DNA of 63,128 bases, filler included, from Octopus bimaculoides (GCF_001194135.2; 3 parts of 2 records of this genome joined end to end with filler, not necessarily neighbours in it), one strand, 5' to 3'; positions 23,151-35,575 are shown, counted from the first letter of the whole stretch. Program-made: numbers and translations. Notes: a model not told the origin generated them from the sequence alone.

Positions 23151-25349
23151 TATATATATGTATATATANNNNNNNNNNNNNNNNNNNNNNNNNNNNNNNN
23201 NNNNNNNNNNNNNNNNNNNNNNNNNNNNNNNNNNNNNNNNNNNNNNNNNNNNNNNNNNNNNNNNNNNNNNNNNNNNNNNNNNNNNNNNNNNNNNNNNNNN
23301 NNNNNNNNNNNNNNNNNNNNNNNNNNNNNNNNNNNNNNNNNNNNNNNNNNNNNNNNNNNNNNNNNNNNNNNNNNNNNNNNNNNNNNNATATATATTCCTT
23401 TATTCAAAGTTGAGACTTCATTCCATTGCTGCTTTAAGGTTTCTGTTCTTAATAGTGACTACTTCCAAGTTTATAAATACACACACACACACACACGCAC
23501 ACACACACACACACACACATTTAGTTGTATAAATAACAGAGAGAAAAAACACAATATATGTAGAATTTATTCATATAAGCGAAGCTATAAGCTTCAAATG
23601 AATCTATAGTGATATGATTTTTAAGCATAGAATGAAAATATCTTAAGAAATATTTGGTAAATTTCACAAGATGATAAGAAAAGGAAATGTCTTTGTTGTG
23701 TTTTGTAAGAAATAAATAAATGTCTCACCCATATTAACCAACCCAGTCAAAATTTTCTGCAGGATGTGTGAAAAGACAAAATATTTTATTTTGGTTATTT
23801 GCTTTCCAAATGTTTGAAAGTTTTATTTCAATAGTTTGATAATAGAATTAATAAAAAGATTTTAAAATTTATTTTTAGTGTCAGTTTTATTTATTTCGGA
23901 ACACTTTTCTGATATAAAATTACTTTGAGTGGAAAATATTTTTCTACATAACAGATGAAATTTTCAAATGTGTTGTTGAAATCAACTAAATAAATCAAGT
24001 GCTGTGTTTCACTTAGCATCACATCTATCAAAATATTTGAGTCTTATTGAAGCTTTCAGATGGAATGAGGAGTAAGAATTTGCATCCTAAGGCCCAATTA
24101 TTATATTAGACTGCAAGCCACTAAATCATCCATTTACTATGTTTATTTCACTTAAATTTAAGTGTTGCCATTGTTTACCGCATTGATATCTGACTAAACC
24201 AAAAATAATAGTTCAATGCTTATTTTCTTTCAACTTGTTTTAAATTATTGATATTTTGTGTGTCAGTGTGCATATCTTTGTTGTTGCATGAAGGCAACCA
24301 CTTAATATATTATGCTTCAGCTTGGATAGTCAGTTCACATTGCATTATGTGGATTTAACATGTGATGGCGAGGCAAAGTTCTAGCAATAGTAATGATACA
24401 TAGAGTGATCAGAATCAATATCCCCCTCTAATTTTTTGCTGTAGGAGTATGCAGAAATTTACATTGAGTGTCAATATCGCTTTTCATTGCAAATTTCTTC
24501 TATTAAAATATCTGATTTTATCATGAAAACCTTGCATAGAGAATATTGGTCAGAATACATGTGGAGTGCAGTAGTGTAGACAGGATGTACTGGATGCACC
24601 AGGTTAGTACCAAGTATCCATTAATCTTTTCATACATGATCTAGAATTGTGATAGGTAGAGCAATTTATTGGGATTCAGTGTGTTCTGGCTCTTAAGCAA
24701 AGCTCATTGTTCTATCATTTTTAAAGCAAGGTAGGCAAAATAAATGCAAAAATGACTGTACATGGAAAATGTATTTATATAATAAATTCTTTTGATTTGT
24801 CATAATGTCTATTCCTGAAAAAAAACTAAGTGTATTATTATTATTTATTTTCAATGACACACCCATCTGAAAGAAAACCAAAGTTCTTGAACTCAACCAT
24901 TATCATTGTCATCAGTGTCAGAATAAATACTGTAAATCATGTAGTCTGTCCAATGTTGGTTTATATTTTGACAACTTAATGCCATGCTTACCAATAACGA
25001 TTTCTTTTCATTAAATATTAATTTGACAAAATAACAAATTAGGACTTTTGACAACTCCATATATTGAAGAGGGAGAATGGTAGCCACAACTCACCACAAA
25101 CTACCTACATTATGGAACTTGTAGTTAATTTCTTCATTAATCTAATGAGTAAGATTACTAAAACAGAATCAAACTCTGAATAAGAGTGCCTTCTATCTCT
25201 CCAATGTACCAAAACTCAACCTGAACAACATTTGAACTTACGATATAGTGCTCTTGCCATTTCTGACACTCTACACTGCACCATAAATACTGATTTCTAA
25301 CATCCTTCTCTGGACATATAATGTTAGCGAACATGAGTGACAATACAAA

Positions 25350-25490
25350 TGAGCAAAGAGAAAAACTGGGCTTAAGAAGAACTAGATATAGTGTGCAAAA
25401 GAAAAGACTAGGAAAGACCTAGGAAGTCACAGGATGAAATAGCGAAGACTAATCTCAAGTTGTTGAGCCTCATAGAAATGACAAAAAATT
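25350..25490 (+). mobile_element. Decayed RTE ORF2 C-terminal fragment
   Basis: EKLG..R..VQ.KRL / GRPRK..DEI.KT.LKLLSL..MTK-like translation. Confidence 0.5.
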
Positions 25491-26236
25491 TACCCACCCA
25501 TGAAAGCATGAAATTTGGAAGATGTCTCAGCTGATATATCCCTGTTATATATCTACCTCCTTGACTTCTTAATACGCCATCTCATCTTTCACGTTTTCTA
25601 TTTATTGTAAATACTGCCTGCCTATATCCACTGTACCATGCATAGGGTTGTCAATATCAGAGAGAGAGAGATTAAGCAAGTCAATCAGACAGTGAACTTA
25701 TCCAGTCTTCACCTTTATTCACTGTGCTATGCCACATATGTATTGAGGGATGGCATACATATTCAACCCTACCTCTTTTGACCATGTGTGTGTAAAAAGT
25801 TACTGCAGATTTGTTGCACCTAATATACACTACCTTCACATTTTCTATACTGTCATCACACACTCTCTCCAGGTAACTCATTATTTACATTCCCTTTTTT
25901 CCTCATCATCAGTATTTATTCCAAAATAATTTTGTTCCCTTCACCTACCCAACCTGGTTTATATTTGTAATTCCCTCCTTTAGTCACATAAACTTGAGCA
26001 AGCAGACACCATAATAGTGAGAGCTCACGGGGATAGAAGGCAGCCTTATGAGTACTGGTGCTTTCTTTCTACACTTAGTATCTGAAAAATCTTTAATGAT
26101 TTCCTCAAACTGTATCATCTTTAGAACACTGCTTTCTACATTCGAGTACTTAGTCTTTCATACATTATTGTAGTTCTCAGATAATTATTTATCAGTCCCA
26201 ATTTACTGAATGCCTCTCTCCTCAACAACTAGTGAC

Positions 26237-26374
26237 TGGTGTTAGGAAGGGCATCCAGCTGTAGAAACTCTGCCAAATCAGATTGGAGCCTGGTGTAGCC
26301 ATCTGGTTCATCAGTCCTCAGTCAAATCATCCAACCCATGCTAGCATGGAAAGCAGACGTTAAACGACGATGAT
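26237..26374 (+). mobile_element. RTE-type 3' UTR copy
   Basis: Near-identical to 145-308. Confidence 0.85.
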
Positions 26375-26423
26375 ATATATATATATATATATATATATAN
26401 NNNNNNNNNNNNNNNNNNNNNNN

Positions 26424-26456
<33 letters not shown>

Positions 26457-27079
26457 TAGATAGATAGATAGATAGATAGGAATAAACGGATGGGGATAAA
26501 TAGGCAGACAAATAAATGGATGAAAAAGTTCACAATTTAAAATTGGGGGAGGGGGAACTGGAGCCCCTTAAATTTTATAACAGTAATTATTAAACATATT
26601 AATATTTGTTTCTCATAAAATCATCTATATTTAATTTACATTTAATTATTATTTAAGGCAAACACAAATAAAACGCAAATTCTTTTCACTTTAATGTGTT
26701 TGTCTATATTTAATTTCAATTTGCATATGTTCAACAATTCGCTACGATCTCTTTAAGGTAAACAAATTCAAAATTTTAAATTGGGTCGGGCTGAAATTTG
26801 AAAATGTGTGTTTTTTTGTATATTCGTAATATTCAACATAGACTGAACATTATGCAATAAATATTTCTAGATGTCTTATATCACAAAAGCAAATCAAATT
26901 GTATGAATAGATTGTAAGATTGGTACACAAAGTAAAAATTTCAAATAGCGTTCATGGTAATTTTGTCTTCGAGCATGCACATAAACATGTATTCTGGTCT
27001 AGAAAACACTATAACCGGTTAATGTGTATCACTGGGCATGCATGACAGGACATACAGAGAAACACCTTTTCTGTTTGAG

Positions 27080-27913
27080 GTATTAGGACCAAAGACTTGA
27101 GGTATTTCGCGTTGCAAGACAGTGTGTGAGAGAGAATCGTGATGTCGTGGGAAAGAAATGTGTTCACATGGATGATGGTACGCTTGCACTACACGTGGCT
27201 GCAAAGAAAGAGGTTTGGAGACGCCACTATGAAAGATTGCTCAATAAAGAGAATGAATGGGAGAAAGAGAGTTTGCCGAATGTTGACCCAACAGAGGGAC
27301 CAGCTATCCGAGTTGACAGTACCATAGTAGATAAAGCAATTAAGAGTATGAAGACAGGGAAGGCCCCTGGCCCATCAGGAATCACTACAGAGATGCTCAA
27401 AATATCTGGCAGTGTTGGCTATAGCCAAGTCACCCGTATTGTTAACCAGGTGATATACAAACGAGTCATACCCAATGACTGGTGTAGCAGCACCATAGTC
27501 AACTGTTACAAAGGTAAAGGTGACGCTTTAGATACAATTAATTACAGTGGTATCAAGTTGTTAGATCAGGTAATGAAAGTCAAGGAGAGGGTCCAACTAA
27601 TTAGGGAGCGAGTCAGTTTAGATGAAATGCAGTTTGAGTTCGTGCCAGGGAAAAGCACCACTGATGCTATATTTCTGGTAAGACAGCTGCAGGAGAAATA
27701 CCTAGCCAAGGATAAACCTCTGTAACTGGCTTTCATTGACATGGAGAAAGCCTTTGACAGAGTCCCCCGATCCCTTATCTGGTGGTCAATGAGGAAACTA
27801 GGGATAGAAGAATGGTTAGTGAGAGCTGTGCGAGCCATGTACAGAGACACTGTCAGTAAGGTGAGGGTTGGCAATGAGTACAGTGAAGAATTCTGGGTAG
27901 AGGTAGGGATCCA
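27080..27913 (+). mobile_element. RTE-clade LINE ORF2 fragment (RT N-terminal half), cut by an assembly linker
   Basis: KAPGPSGIT.EMLK, IPNDW...YKGKGD, NYSGIKLL, MQF.F.PGKSTTDAIF, AFIDMEKAFDRVPR. One stop at 27723-27725. Confidence 0.95.
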
Positions 27914-28013
27914 NNNNNNNNNNNNNNNNNNNNNNNNNNNNNNNNNNNNNNNNNNNNTTAATTAATTAANNNNNNNNNNNNNNNNNNNNNNNNNNNNNNN
28001 NNNNNNNNNNNNN
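27914..28013. other. Artificial scaffold-join linker 44N-TTAATTAATTAA-44N
   Basis: Exactly 100 bp, six-frame stop sequence, identical design at 53736. Confidence 0.9.
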
Positions 28014-28053
<40 letters not shown>

Positions 28054-28189
28054 CACATACACACATACATACACATGCACACACATATATATGCGCCATA
28101 CACATCACACACACACACATATATATATGCACACCAACCATGAAGGGCACTGACCCTAATCGTGTCCCCTTTCATTACTCTCACACACT

Positions 28190-28385
28190 TCACCCCAGAG
28201 ACTAAAATGTTCTCCAAACCCTTCATCCTCTTCTTCTCAACTGGGATGTACCCCATCGCCAAGTAAAGGTACCACCTTGGTCCTGCCAGCTATTACCCCA
28301 TCGCATTCACTTCCAATATTTTTGATATGATGGAGGAGGCAGTCATTAACATCATCCAGCATCTTCTTTTTCTGTGAAGGTGAAT
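28190..28385 (+). mobile_element. Old CR1/L2/Jockey-group LINE RT fragment
   Basis: PASYYPIAFTSNIFDMMEEAVINIIQHL resembles PSNYRPIALTS..K.ME. Confidence 0.55.
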
Positions 28386-28696
28386 CCATTTGTGACTACA
28401 TCTTCTCTGTCACTCCTCCACCACCACCACCACTACAACCATCATCACCACTACAACCACTGCTGTCACCCCCACCCCAAAATTTTCGTTGCGTCTTGAA
28501 ACCTTTTCAAGAGTCAAAACTATTGAAAAGGTTGCAAGATGCAATGAAAATTTTCAGAAAAATAGAAGAAAGAAATAAGTGTAAATTTTACCAGTGAGTG
28601 TGTTTAATTATAAGGCACCAAAAGAGAATGACTCTCCCCAGACACAACAGCATATATATATATATATATATATATATACTTATATACACACACACA

Positions 28697-29115
28697 CAGC
28701 ATAGCTGTATGGTAAGAAGCTTGCTTACCGACCACATGGTTCCAGGTTCAGTCCCACTGCATGGCACCTGGAGCAAATGTCTTCTACTATAGCCTCAGGC
28801 TGACCAAAACCTTGTGAGTGGATTTGGTAGACAGAAACTGAAAGAAGCCCATCATATATATATATGTGTGTGTGTGTGTTGTGTGTGTGTGTTGTGTGTG
28901 TGTATATGAGTGTGTGTGTATGAGTGTGTGTGTGTGCTTGTCCCTCCACCATTGCTTGACAGCCGATGGTGTGTTTACGTCCCCGTAACTTAGCAGTATG
29001 GCAAAAGAGACCAATAGAACAACCTTGCAAAGAATAAGTCCTGGGGTCGATTTGTTCGACTAAAGGTGGTACTCCAGCATGGCCGCAGTCAAATGACAGA
29101 AACAAGTAAATGAAT
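28697..29115 (+). mobile_element. SINE family A, near complete: tRNA head, CORE-like start, internal (TA/TG)n, 3' tail
   Basis: tggtaagaagcttgct..ggttcagtcccactg..agcaaatgtcttctactatagcc..(TG)n..gtgtttacgtccccgtaacttagc..ctccagcatggccgcagtc..acaagtaaa. Confidence 0.85.
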
Positions 29116-29716
29116 AAATGAATATATTTTCTCAATAAAACACTATTACTAGATGTAGTTTCCTCTTATGTTATATAATCACTTATCTAATTAGTTAGCT
29201 AATGAAGAACCCAATTAAACAGTGAAATAATTAAATGTCCCTTCATTACATCCAATGACCTTAAAGACAATATGTTTACATATTTACATATATCAACATC
29301 TTGTTTACATATTCAGAGTTGCAAAACCTTCGTGACGTTGGCAGCTTACTCTGTGAATGTCTACTGACTAGGGTTGAGTATTTACTCAGCAAACACATGT
29401 CAGGACTGATACGCACATGCAAGCATACACACACACGCGCGCGCGTACATATAAAGATAAATGCACTCACATATATATGTATATATCTGTATATATATAT
29501 ATATATATAACTCTTCGAAATGCTTAGTTTTAGAATGGTGGCAGCTGATGAAGGAAATGTTCTCTATGTGGCCTGTGTGTTTTCTGTACTCTGTTTATCA
29601 TTTTGTCCTCGTTTTTTTTTTGCAACGTCCTATATCCAGATATGCATCTATATATACATGTAGATGTAGGTATGTACATACATGCATGTATATATGCATA
29701 TACTCATTTATTATTT

Positions 29717-29756
29717 CCCAAAAACGTATGTCCTCAAATACCTTACACATCCTGTA

Positions 29757-29789
<33 letters not shown>

Positions 29790-29850
29790 CATCATCATCG
29801 TTTAACATGGAAAGCGGACGTTAAACGATGATGATGATGATGATGATGAT

Positions 29851-29886
<36 letters not shown>

Positions 29887-29927
29887 TACAGGATGTGTAA
29901 GGTATTTGAGGACATACGTTTTTTGGG
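29717..29927. repeat. About 210-bp inverted duplication (palindrome) with a 13-nt spacer
   Basis: Arms identical except for microsatellite and homopolymer lengths. The centre is an RTE 3' end (atggaaagcggac). Confidence 0.92.
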
Positions 29928-29972
29928 TCATTGCTGCATTTTTTTGTTAACTCTGTATAATCTTTGTTTCAG

Positions 29973-30197
29973 AAATTAATAATGGCAGACCCTCAGCTTA
30001 CTCAAGAAATGAAGGGGCATGCTGTTATTATGGTTATAAATGCTGAGCATAGTGATTTAGAAATATGTCTTCGTCTTTTGCCTCCAGGTTGGCTCAGTCT
30101 GGCCTTAAATATTGCTACCCTCTGTGATCATCATGTACTAAAATATATTATGGAAATTGATGTACCTCATAAAGTTGAAGTACCCCATGATGACTGA
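29973..30197 (+). CDS. Candidate exon of an unidentified protein (weakly ankyrin-like helical motif), possibly terminal or pseudogenic
   Basis: Acceptor tctttgtttcAG at 29971-29972. Open frame KLIMADPQLTQEMKGHAVIMVINAEHSDLEICLRLLPPGWLSLALNIATLCDHHVLKYIMEIDVPH in non-repetitive sequence. ATG at 29982 in good context. ATTAAA at about 30464. Confidence 0.4.
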   Translation, partial: KLIMADPQLTQEMKGHAVIMVINAEHSDLEICLRLLPPGWLSLALNIATLCDHHVLKYIMEIDVPHKVEVPHDD

Positions 30198-30449
30198 AGT
30201 ATTCCAAAAGTTGGAAGTACCCCATAGGACTAACGTACCCCAGAAGACTGAAGTATCCTTGAAAGCTAAAGCATGCCATGATGACTGAAGTGCCCCCAGT
30301 AGATGAAGTACCACAAGAAATGAAGTACCTCAAAAAACTAAAGTACCCCAGAAGACTAAAGTACCCCAGGAGGCTAATGTATCGCAGGAGACTGAAGTAC
30401 CCTAGAAGACTGAAATACCTCAGGGGTCTGAAGTACCCAAGAAGGTCAT
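30168..30449 (+). repeat. 18-bp minisatellite, about 16 units (consensus GAAGTACCCCAGAAGACT, EVPQKT-like)
   Basis: Units read directly from the sequence. Most are 18 bp; two are 19 bp and two are 17 bp. Confidence 0.9.
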
Positions 30450-31173
30450 TTGAATGCATGAAATATTAAAGCAAAGTGAATTATGAAATATTTATCACAA
30501 TTAGTTTTAATCTGTGACATACAAAACCTGGGATGTGATGACTTCCGGATAAATTTACACTGTCATTTATATTTTAATGAGAAAACTATGCAATCCACAA
30601 CAGCAAAGAAAATATGACACCTTGCATTGTCTGTTTATGAAACAATTTAAAAAGTTCATTGCTACAACATGTGTGTGTGTGTGTGTGTGTGTGTGTACAG
30701 CCTGGCAAAAAAAACTGTACAAGAGAACAGGTGTAACTTCCCATAAATGTGTGTGTGCACGTAGGGGAGTATGTATAGATACATGTGCACGTGTGTGTGT
30801 GAGGAAAAAAAAATTGATTTTGGTTGTCAAAAATCCAGCAGTTGTGTGTGATTATCTTAGTTTGAGGGAAACAGAGTAAAAAAATAAAGGACAAAAATAG
30901 AGAGAGTAGGAATGAGAGAAGGTGCCTAGGCTCGTTGACAAAGACATCTTGAAAGCAGTAACTCTAGTTGAATTATGAAAGCCCTACAGACACTCTATTT
31001 TTCATGGAAAACATGTCTTAAATAAGACCTAATATATATGGAAAGCTTATATTAATCACCATCATCATTTAACATCCATTTTCCATTCTGGCATTGGTTG
31101 GACAGTTGATAGGAGCTGGTAATCTAGTGAGCTGCTGCACCAGGCTTCAACTGTTTGCTTTACCATGGTTTAC

Positions 31174-31550
31174 TCAGCGCAATGGCCCAGTGGTTAGGGC
31201 AGCGGACTCACAGTCATAGGATCTTGGTTTCGATTCCCAGACCGGGCGTTGTGAGTGTTTATTGAGCGAAAACACCTAAAGCTCCACGAGGCTCCGGCAG
31301 GGGATGGTGGCGAACCCTGCTGTACTCTTTCACCACAACTTTCTCTCACTCTTACTTCCTGTTTCTGTTGTGCCTGTAATTCAAAGGGTCAGCCTTGTCC
31401 CACTCTGTGTCACGCTAAATATCCCCGAGAACTACGTTAAGGGTACACGTGTCTGTGGAGTGCTCAGCCACTTGCACGTTAATTTCACGAGCAGGCTGTT
31501 CCGTTGATCGGATCAACTGGAAGCCTTGTTGTTGTAACTGAAGGAGCACC
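31174..31550 (+). mobile_element. SINE family C, young near-complete copy (tail fragment at 53533-53630)
   Basis: A box TGGCCCAGTGG, B box GGTTTCGATTCCC, followed by about 300 bp of non-tRNA body. CpGs retained. Confidence 0.8.
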
Positions 31551-31563
31551 TGTTAGTGTGCGC

Positions 31564-31596
<33 letters not shown>

Positions 31597-31612
31597 ACTA
31601 TGGTATGTCATT

Positions 31613-31901
31613 GTCATCATCATCATTGCCTAACGTCCGCCTTCCATGCTGGCATGGGTTGGACGGTTGGACAGGAGCTGGCCAGGCAGGAGCCTGCACC
31701 AGACTTCTCTGTCTGTTTTGGCCTGGTTTCTGTGGCTGGATGCCCTTCCTAACACCAATCACCCCACAGAATGGACTGAGTGTTTTTTTTCTTATGTGGC
31801 ACCAGTACAGGTGAGGTCAGTTTCAGCAAGGTTTTTACATCTGGATGCCCTTCCAAATGCCCACCACTCCACATTGTGGACTGAATGCTTTTTATGTGGC
31901 A
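31613..31901 (-). mobile_element. RTE-type 3' UTR copy with an internal duplicated segment (another fragment at 31057-31170)
   Basis: Reverse complement of the family. ctggatgcccttcc..tatgtggcac occurs twice. Confidence 0.8.
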
Positions 31902-34141
31902 CGACCACTGACAGGGTCACATGGGATAACAGGTGTTGTTTGTTTTGTGGCCCCTGCAAGGATAAAAAGCAAAGGTTGTCTTTGTGGGTGTTGGAGCTCA
32001 ACCTGGGGGGGTGGGTTGAACGTAAAAAGAAGAAAGAAGGAAAGAAAGAAAAGAGCAAGGCAGAAAGAGAGAGAGGGGGGGAGTGACAGAGTGAGACGAA
32101 GTGGGAGAGAGAAGAGGAGGAGAGAGTGAGAGACAGTGAGGGAGAAAGGAGGAGAGGGAGATAGGGGTGGGAGAGAGAGTGTGTGAGGAGAGAAAGAGAG
32201 AGATAAGGAAGATATAGGGGGGAAAAGGGTATGAGTGAGTATGTGGGTGTGACTGGAAGAAAATGTGGGCAGCTTGAGAAAAAAAAATGAGATATTATTG
32301 AGTTACAAGTTTTAAGACATGTCACAAATAATATGACACATGTTGACAGTGGAACAGATGTCACAACAACGGCTGAGAACATATACCAATACATACATAC
32401 ATTTATATATATTTATGTGTTTGTGTGTATAGTGAGAGAGAGAGAGAGAGAGAGAGCAAGCAATTGAGCTTCTTTCTCTTTCTCTCACTCCCTTCTCACT
32501 TCTTCTATCTATCTCTCTCTCTCTTTCCCTCTCTCTCTCTTTCTCTCTCTCTTTCTTTCTCTCTCTCTCTCCCTTGCTTTTTATAAACAACTGTTATTTA
32601 TCTACATACATATATTTATATACACACACTCACACTGTTGTGCATAGACTTATATATATATGTGCATACAATAACACACTTTGTCACACACATACACACA
32701 TGTTTGTACATTAATAACTGAGCACACACACACAAACATATCCACACACACACACGCACACACACAAACATATCCACAAGCACACATACACACACATATG
32801 TTTGTACATTAATAACTGAGCACACACACACAAAGGCCCCAGGATGGTAAAAAGGGCTGATAGAGCAACAGACTTCATGCATTGTTTACTCAGATTAAGG
32901 AGGTGAACTGGCAGAGCTGATAGCACGCTGGATGAACTCCTTAACGGTATTTCGCTCATCGCTACGTTCTGGGTTCAAATTCCGCAGAGGTCAACTTTGC
33001 CTTTTATCCTTTCGAGGTTGATGAATTAAGTACCAGTGAAATTCTGGGGTCCATGTAAACGACTAATCCCTTTCCCCAAAGATAGGAGAGGAGACATAAG
33101 AATGCGTCTGGTCTGTGCGACAGACTGAAGGAAAAGAAAGATAATCACGTGAGGAAAGGAAAGATGGACGAAGGTCATGTGTGAGCAACGAGAGAGAGAG
33201 AGAGAGAGAGTAAAGGAGGAAGAGAGAGAGAGAGTATATATATATTGTAATCCATCTCTCTTGCCGAACCGCTGTGTTACTGAGGACGTAAACAAACCAA
33301 CACCGATGATGGAGTTGGGTGAAAACAGACACAAAGACACCAGCATTACTATCTGTCTATCTACAGCCTGTCGTTGATGTTGGTTTATTTACGTCCCCAG
33401 TAACACATCGGTTGGGCAGGAGAGACAGATTAAATGATTACAAGGCTTAGAAAATAAAGGGCGATTTGTTGGACTAAAACTCGTTTTGCCAGTGCTCCAG
33501 CATGGCCGCAGTCTATTGACTGAAATAAGTAAAAGAAGATAAAGTAGATGGCCACGGATGAATCATAGATTATTGGATCGCAGGTGAAATGAATCTGAAA
33601 GAAAAGAGATGGTCACAATTGTATAACAAGATATTTGGCCAGGATTCGAAACCAAAACTCTTGGTTCACTCATCACTTTTTGATCATGACTTATAAACCT
33701 CAGCTCTCAATATAATTTATCCCACCATCCTTTATTATTTATTTCTTATATGGCAGCAGACGGATCTCGTGAAATTTCTTCCAACCAGACGTTTTGTTTC
33801 GTTGATATGACATCGACCACCAAACCTGTTTATTAAACTTTCTCCTATTACATAAATCAATGATATCACTTGTCATTGCGATAAAATATAAAGAACGGAC
33901 AAATACGGCAGTCATTTAGTAGTTCTGATCCAACAACAGAAAATCCTTGGTTGTCCAACTACGGCCAGTAGCAGTAGCAGTCACCATCGCTGCTGATGTC
34001 ACAAAACAGCATCAACATCGAAAACAACATAGAGTTTATTGCATTTATCTCAGCCACCATTTGGCAAGGATCACTATCAATACACTTGGTTTCGCAGTAA
34101 TTCTCTCCCTCTCTCTCACTGCTATATCTCTCTCTCTCTCT

Positions 34142-34297
34142 CTCTCGGAGTGGTTGGCGTTAGGAAGGGCATCCAGCTGTAGAAACTTTGCCAGATCAGA
34201 TTGAGCCTGGTGCAACCTCTGGCTCACCAGTCATCAGTCAAACTGTCCAACCCATGCCAGCATGGAGAGCAGACGTAAAACGATGATGATGATGATG

Positions 34298-34299
<2 letters not shown>
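34142..34299 (+). mobile_element. RTE-type 3' UTR copy
   Basis: ctcggagtggttggcgttaggaagggcatccagc...(GAT)n. Confidence 0.85.
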
Positions 34300-34335
<36 letters not shown>

Positions 34336-34377
34336 GCATATTGAGAAAAAGGAGACAGTCAGAATTTTGGATAATTC

Positions 34378-34444
34378 TTTATTGAACTCGTCAAGATAAT
34401 ATCAAAATGATTCATTTTGATATTATCTTGACGAGTTCAATAAA
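34378..34444. repeat. Perfect 67-bp palindrome (33-bp arms, 1-nt spacer)
   Basis: tttattgaactcgtcaagataatatcaaaatga-t-tcattttgatattatcttgacgagttcaataaa. Confidence 0.95.
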
Positions 34445-34624
34445 CAAACGAGAGCNNNNNNNNNNNNNNNNNNNNNNNNNNNNNNNNNNNNNNNNNNNNN
34501 NNNNNNNNNNNNNNNNNNNNNNNNNNNNNNNNNNNNNNNNNNNNNNNNNNNNNNNNNNNNNNNNNNNNNNNNNNNNNNNNNNNNNNNNNNNNNNNNNNNN
34601 NNNNNNNNNNNNNNNNTATATATA

Positions 34625-34790
34625 CATTGTTCAAATTTATAGAAAAACAATGACGAAGGCAGGTGTATGAACAACAAGCAGGTGTATTAGTTTGACGCTC
34701 AGTAATGTGAGAAAGTCTTTTATGTTTCGAGCCTACGCTCTTCAACAGAAAACAATATAAGGAAATAAATAAAGAGAGAATGAAAAAAAA
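34625..34790 (-). mobile_element. PLE pseudo-LTR-like fragment with a hammerhead-like motif at 34718-34752
   Basis: Minus strand TTTT-CTGTTGA-A-GAGC-gtag-GCTC-GAAAC-ATA-AAAG. Confidence 0.45.
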
Positions 34791-35575
34791 AAGCGTTGAG
34801 TTCAGTGGTCCAACATGGCGATTGATATTATATATATACACCATGTCGACTTGTATGCTGGGAAATTTCGAAGGCCCCCAAATGGGGACATCAAAATCTT
34901 TTAAGTGCTTAAGGCCTGACTGTTCGCATGACATAACTTGGTGGGTTCAGTGAGAGAGAGAGGACTTGACATTTTATCGACTCCGGTGACAGAGAGGGAG
35001 AGGGAGAGGGGGAGGGGGGTTTAAAGGAAAAATTTATGATTTTAATTCAGAACGTAAAAAGAAATAACTGCGGCCGTGAAAGTATTTAGTTTATTATGTT
35101 TATGATTGGCATGAGTCACTCATATAGTCGATCTGATCAACTCTAGTACTTGAATTTTATCGATCCCAGAACGATTAAAAAAATAAAAAAATTACTGATT
35201 TCGATGGGATTTGAACCTAGAACGTAAAGAGACGAAGCTAAACATTACTCGACATTTAATTGAGCAAACTGCGAATTGCATGGATAGTGGATTTTGTGAG
35301 GTTGAAAATCGTCCCAGTTTCGACTCTGAGCCATAATAATAATAATAATAATAATAATAATTGTAATCAGGAGTAGCCAAGTCGAGCAGCTGGTGTGTAC
35401 TTAGTAAAAAAAAACAAATATATATATATACTAGTACACACACCGATAACTATATTCCCTCTCTCTCTCTCTCACATACATACACACACTGACCTACGTA
35501 TACTACACTCTTATAACGCCTGCTGCTGTCACGGCAGTCGCACGGCTGTGTTAAACTCTGGTTCACAATTTGAGG

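Noticed and set aside
24551-24620. Possible 63-nt + exon (RILVRIHVECSSVDRMYWMHQ, donor CAG|GTTAGT)
   Set aside because: Weak acceptor, no recognisable homology; cannot be distinguished from chance.
27958-27969. TTAATTAATTAA as a biological motif
   Set aside because: Centred in a symmetric 44N+44N pad and repeated identically; synthetic linker.
31174-31250. tRNA-like sequence
   Set aside because: No closed acceptor stem or terminator; it continues into a SINE body. The same applies to all other A/B-box heads.
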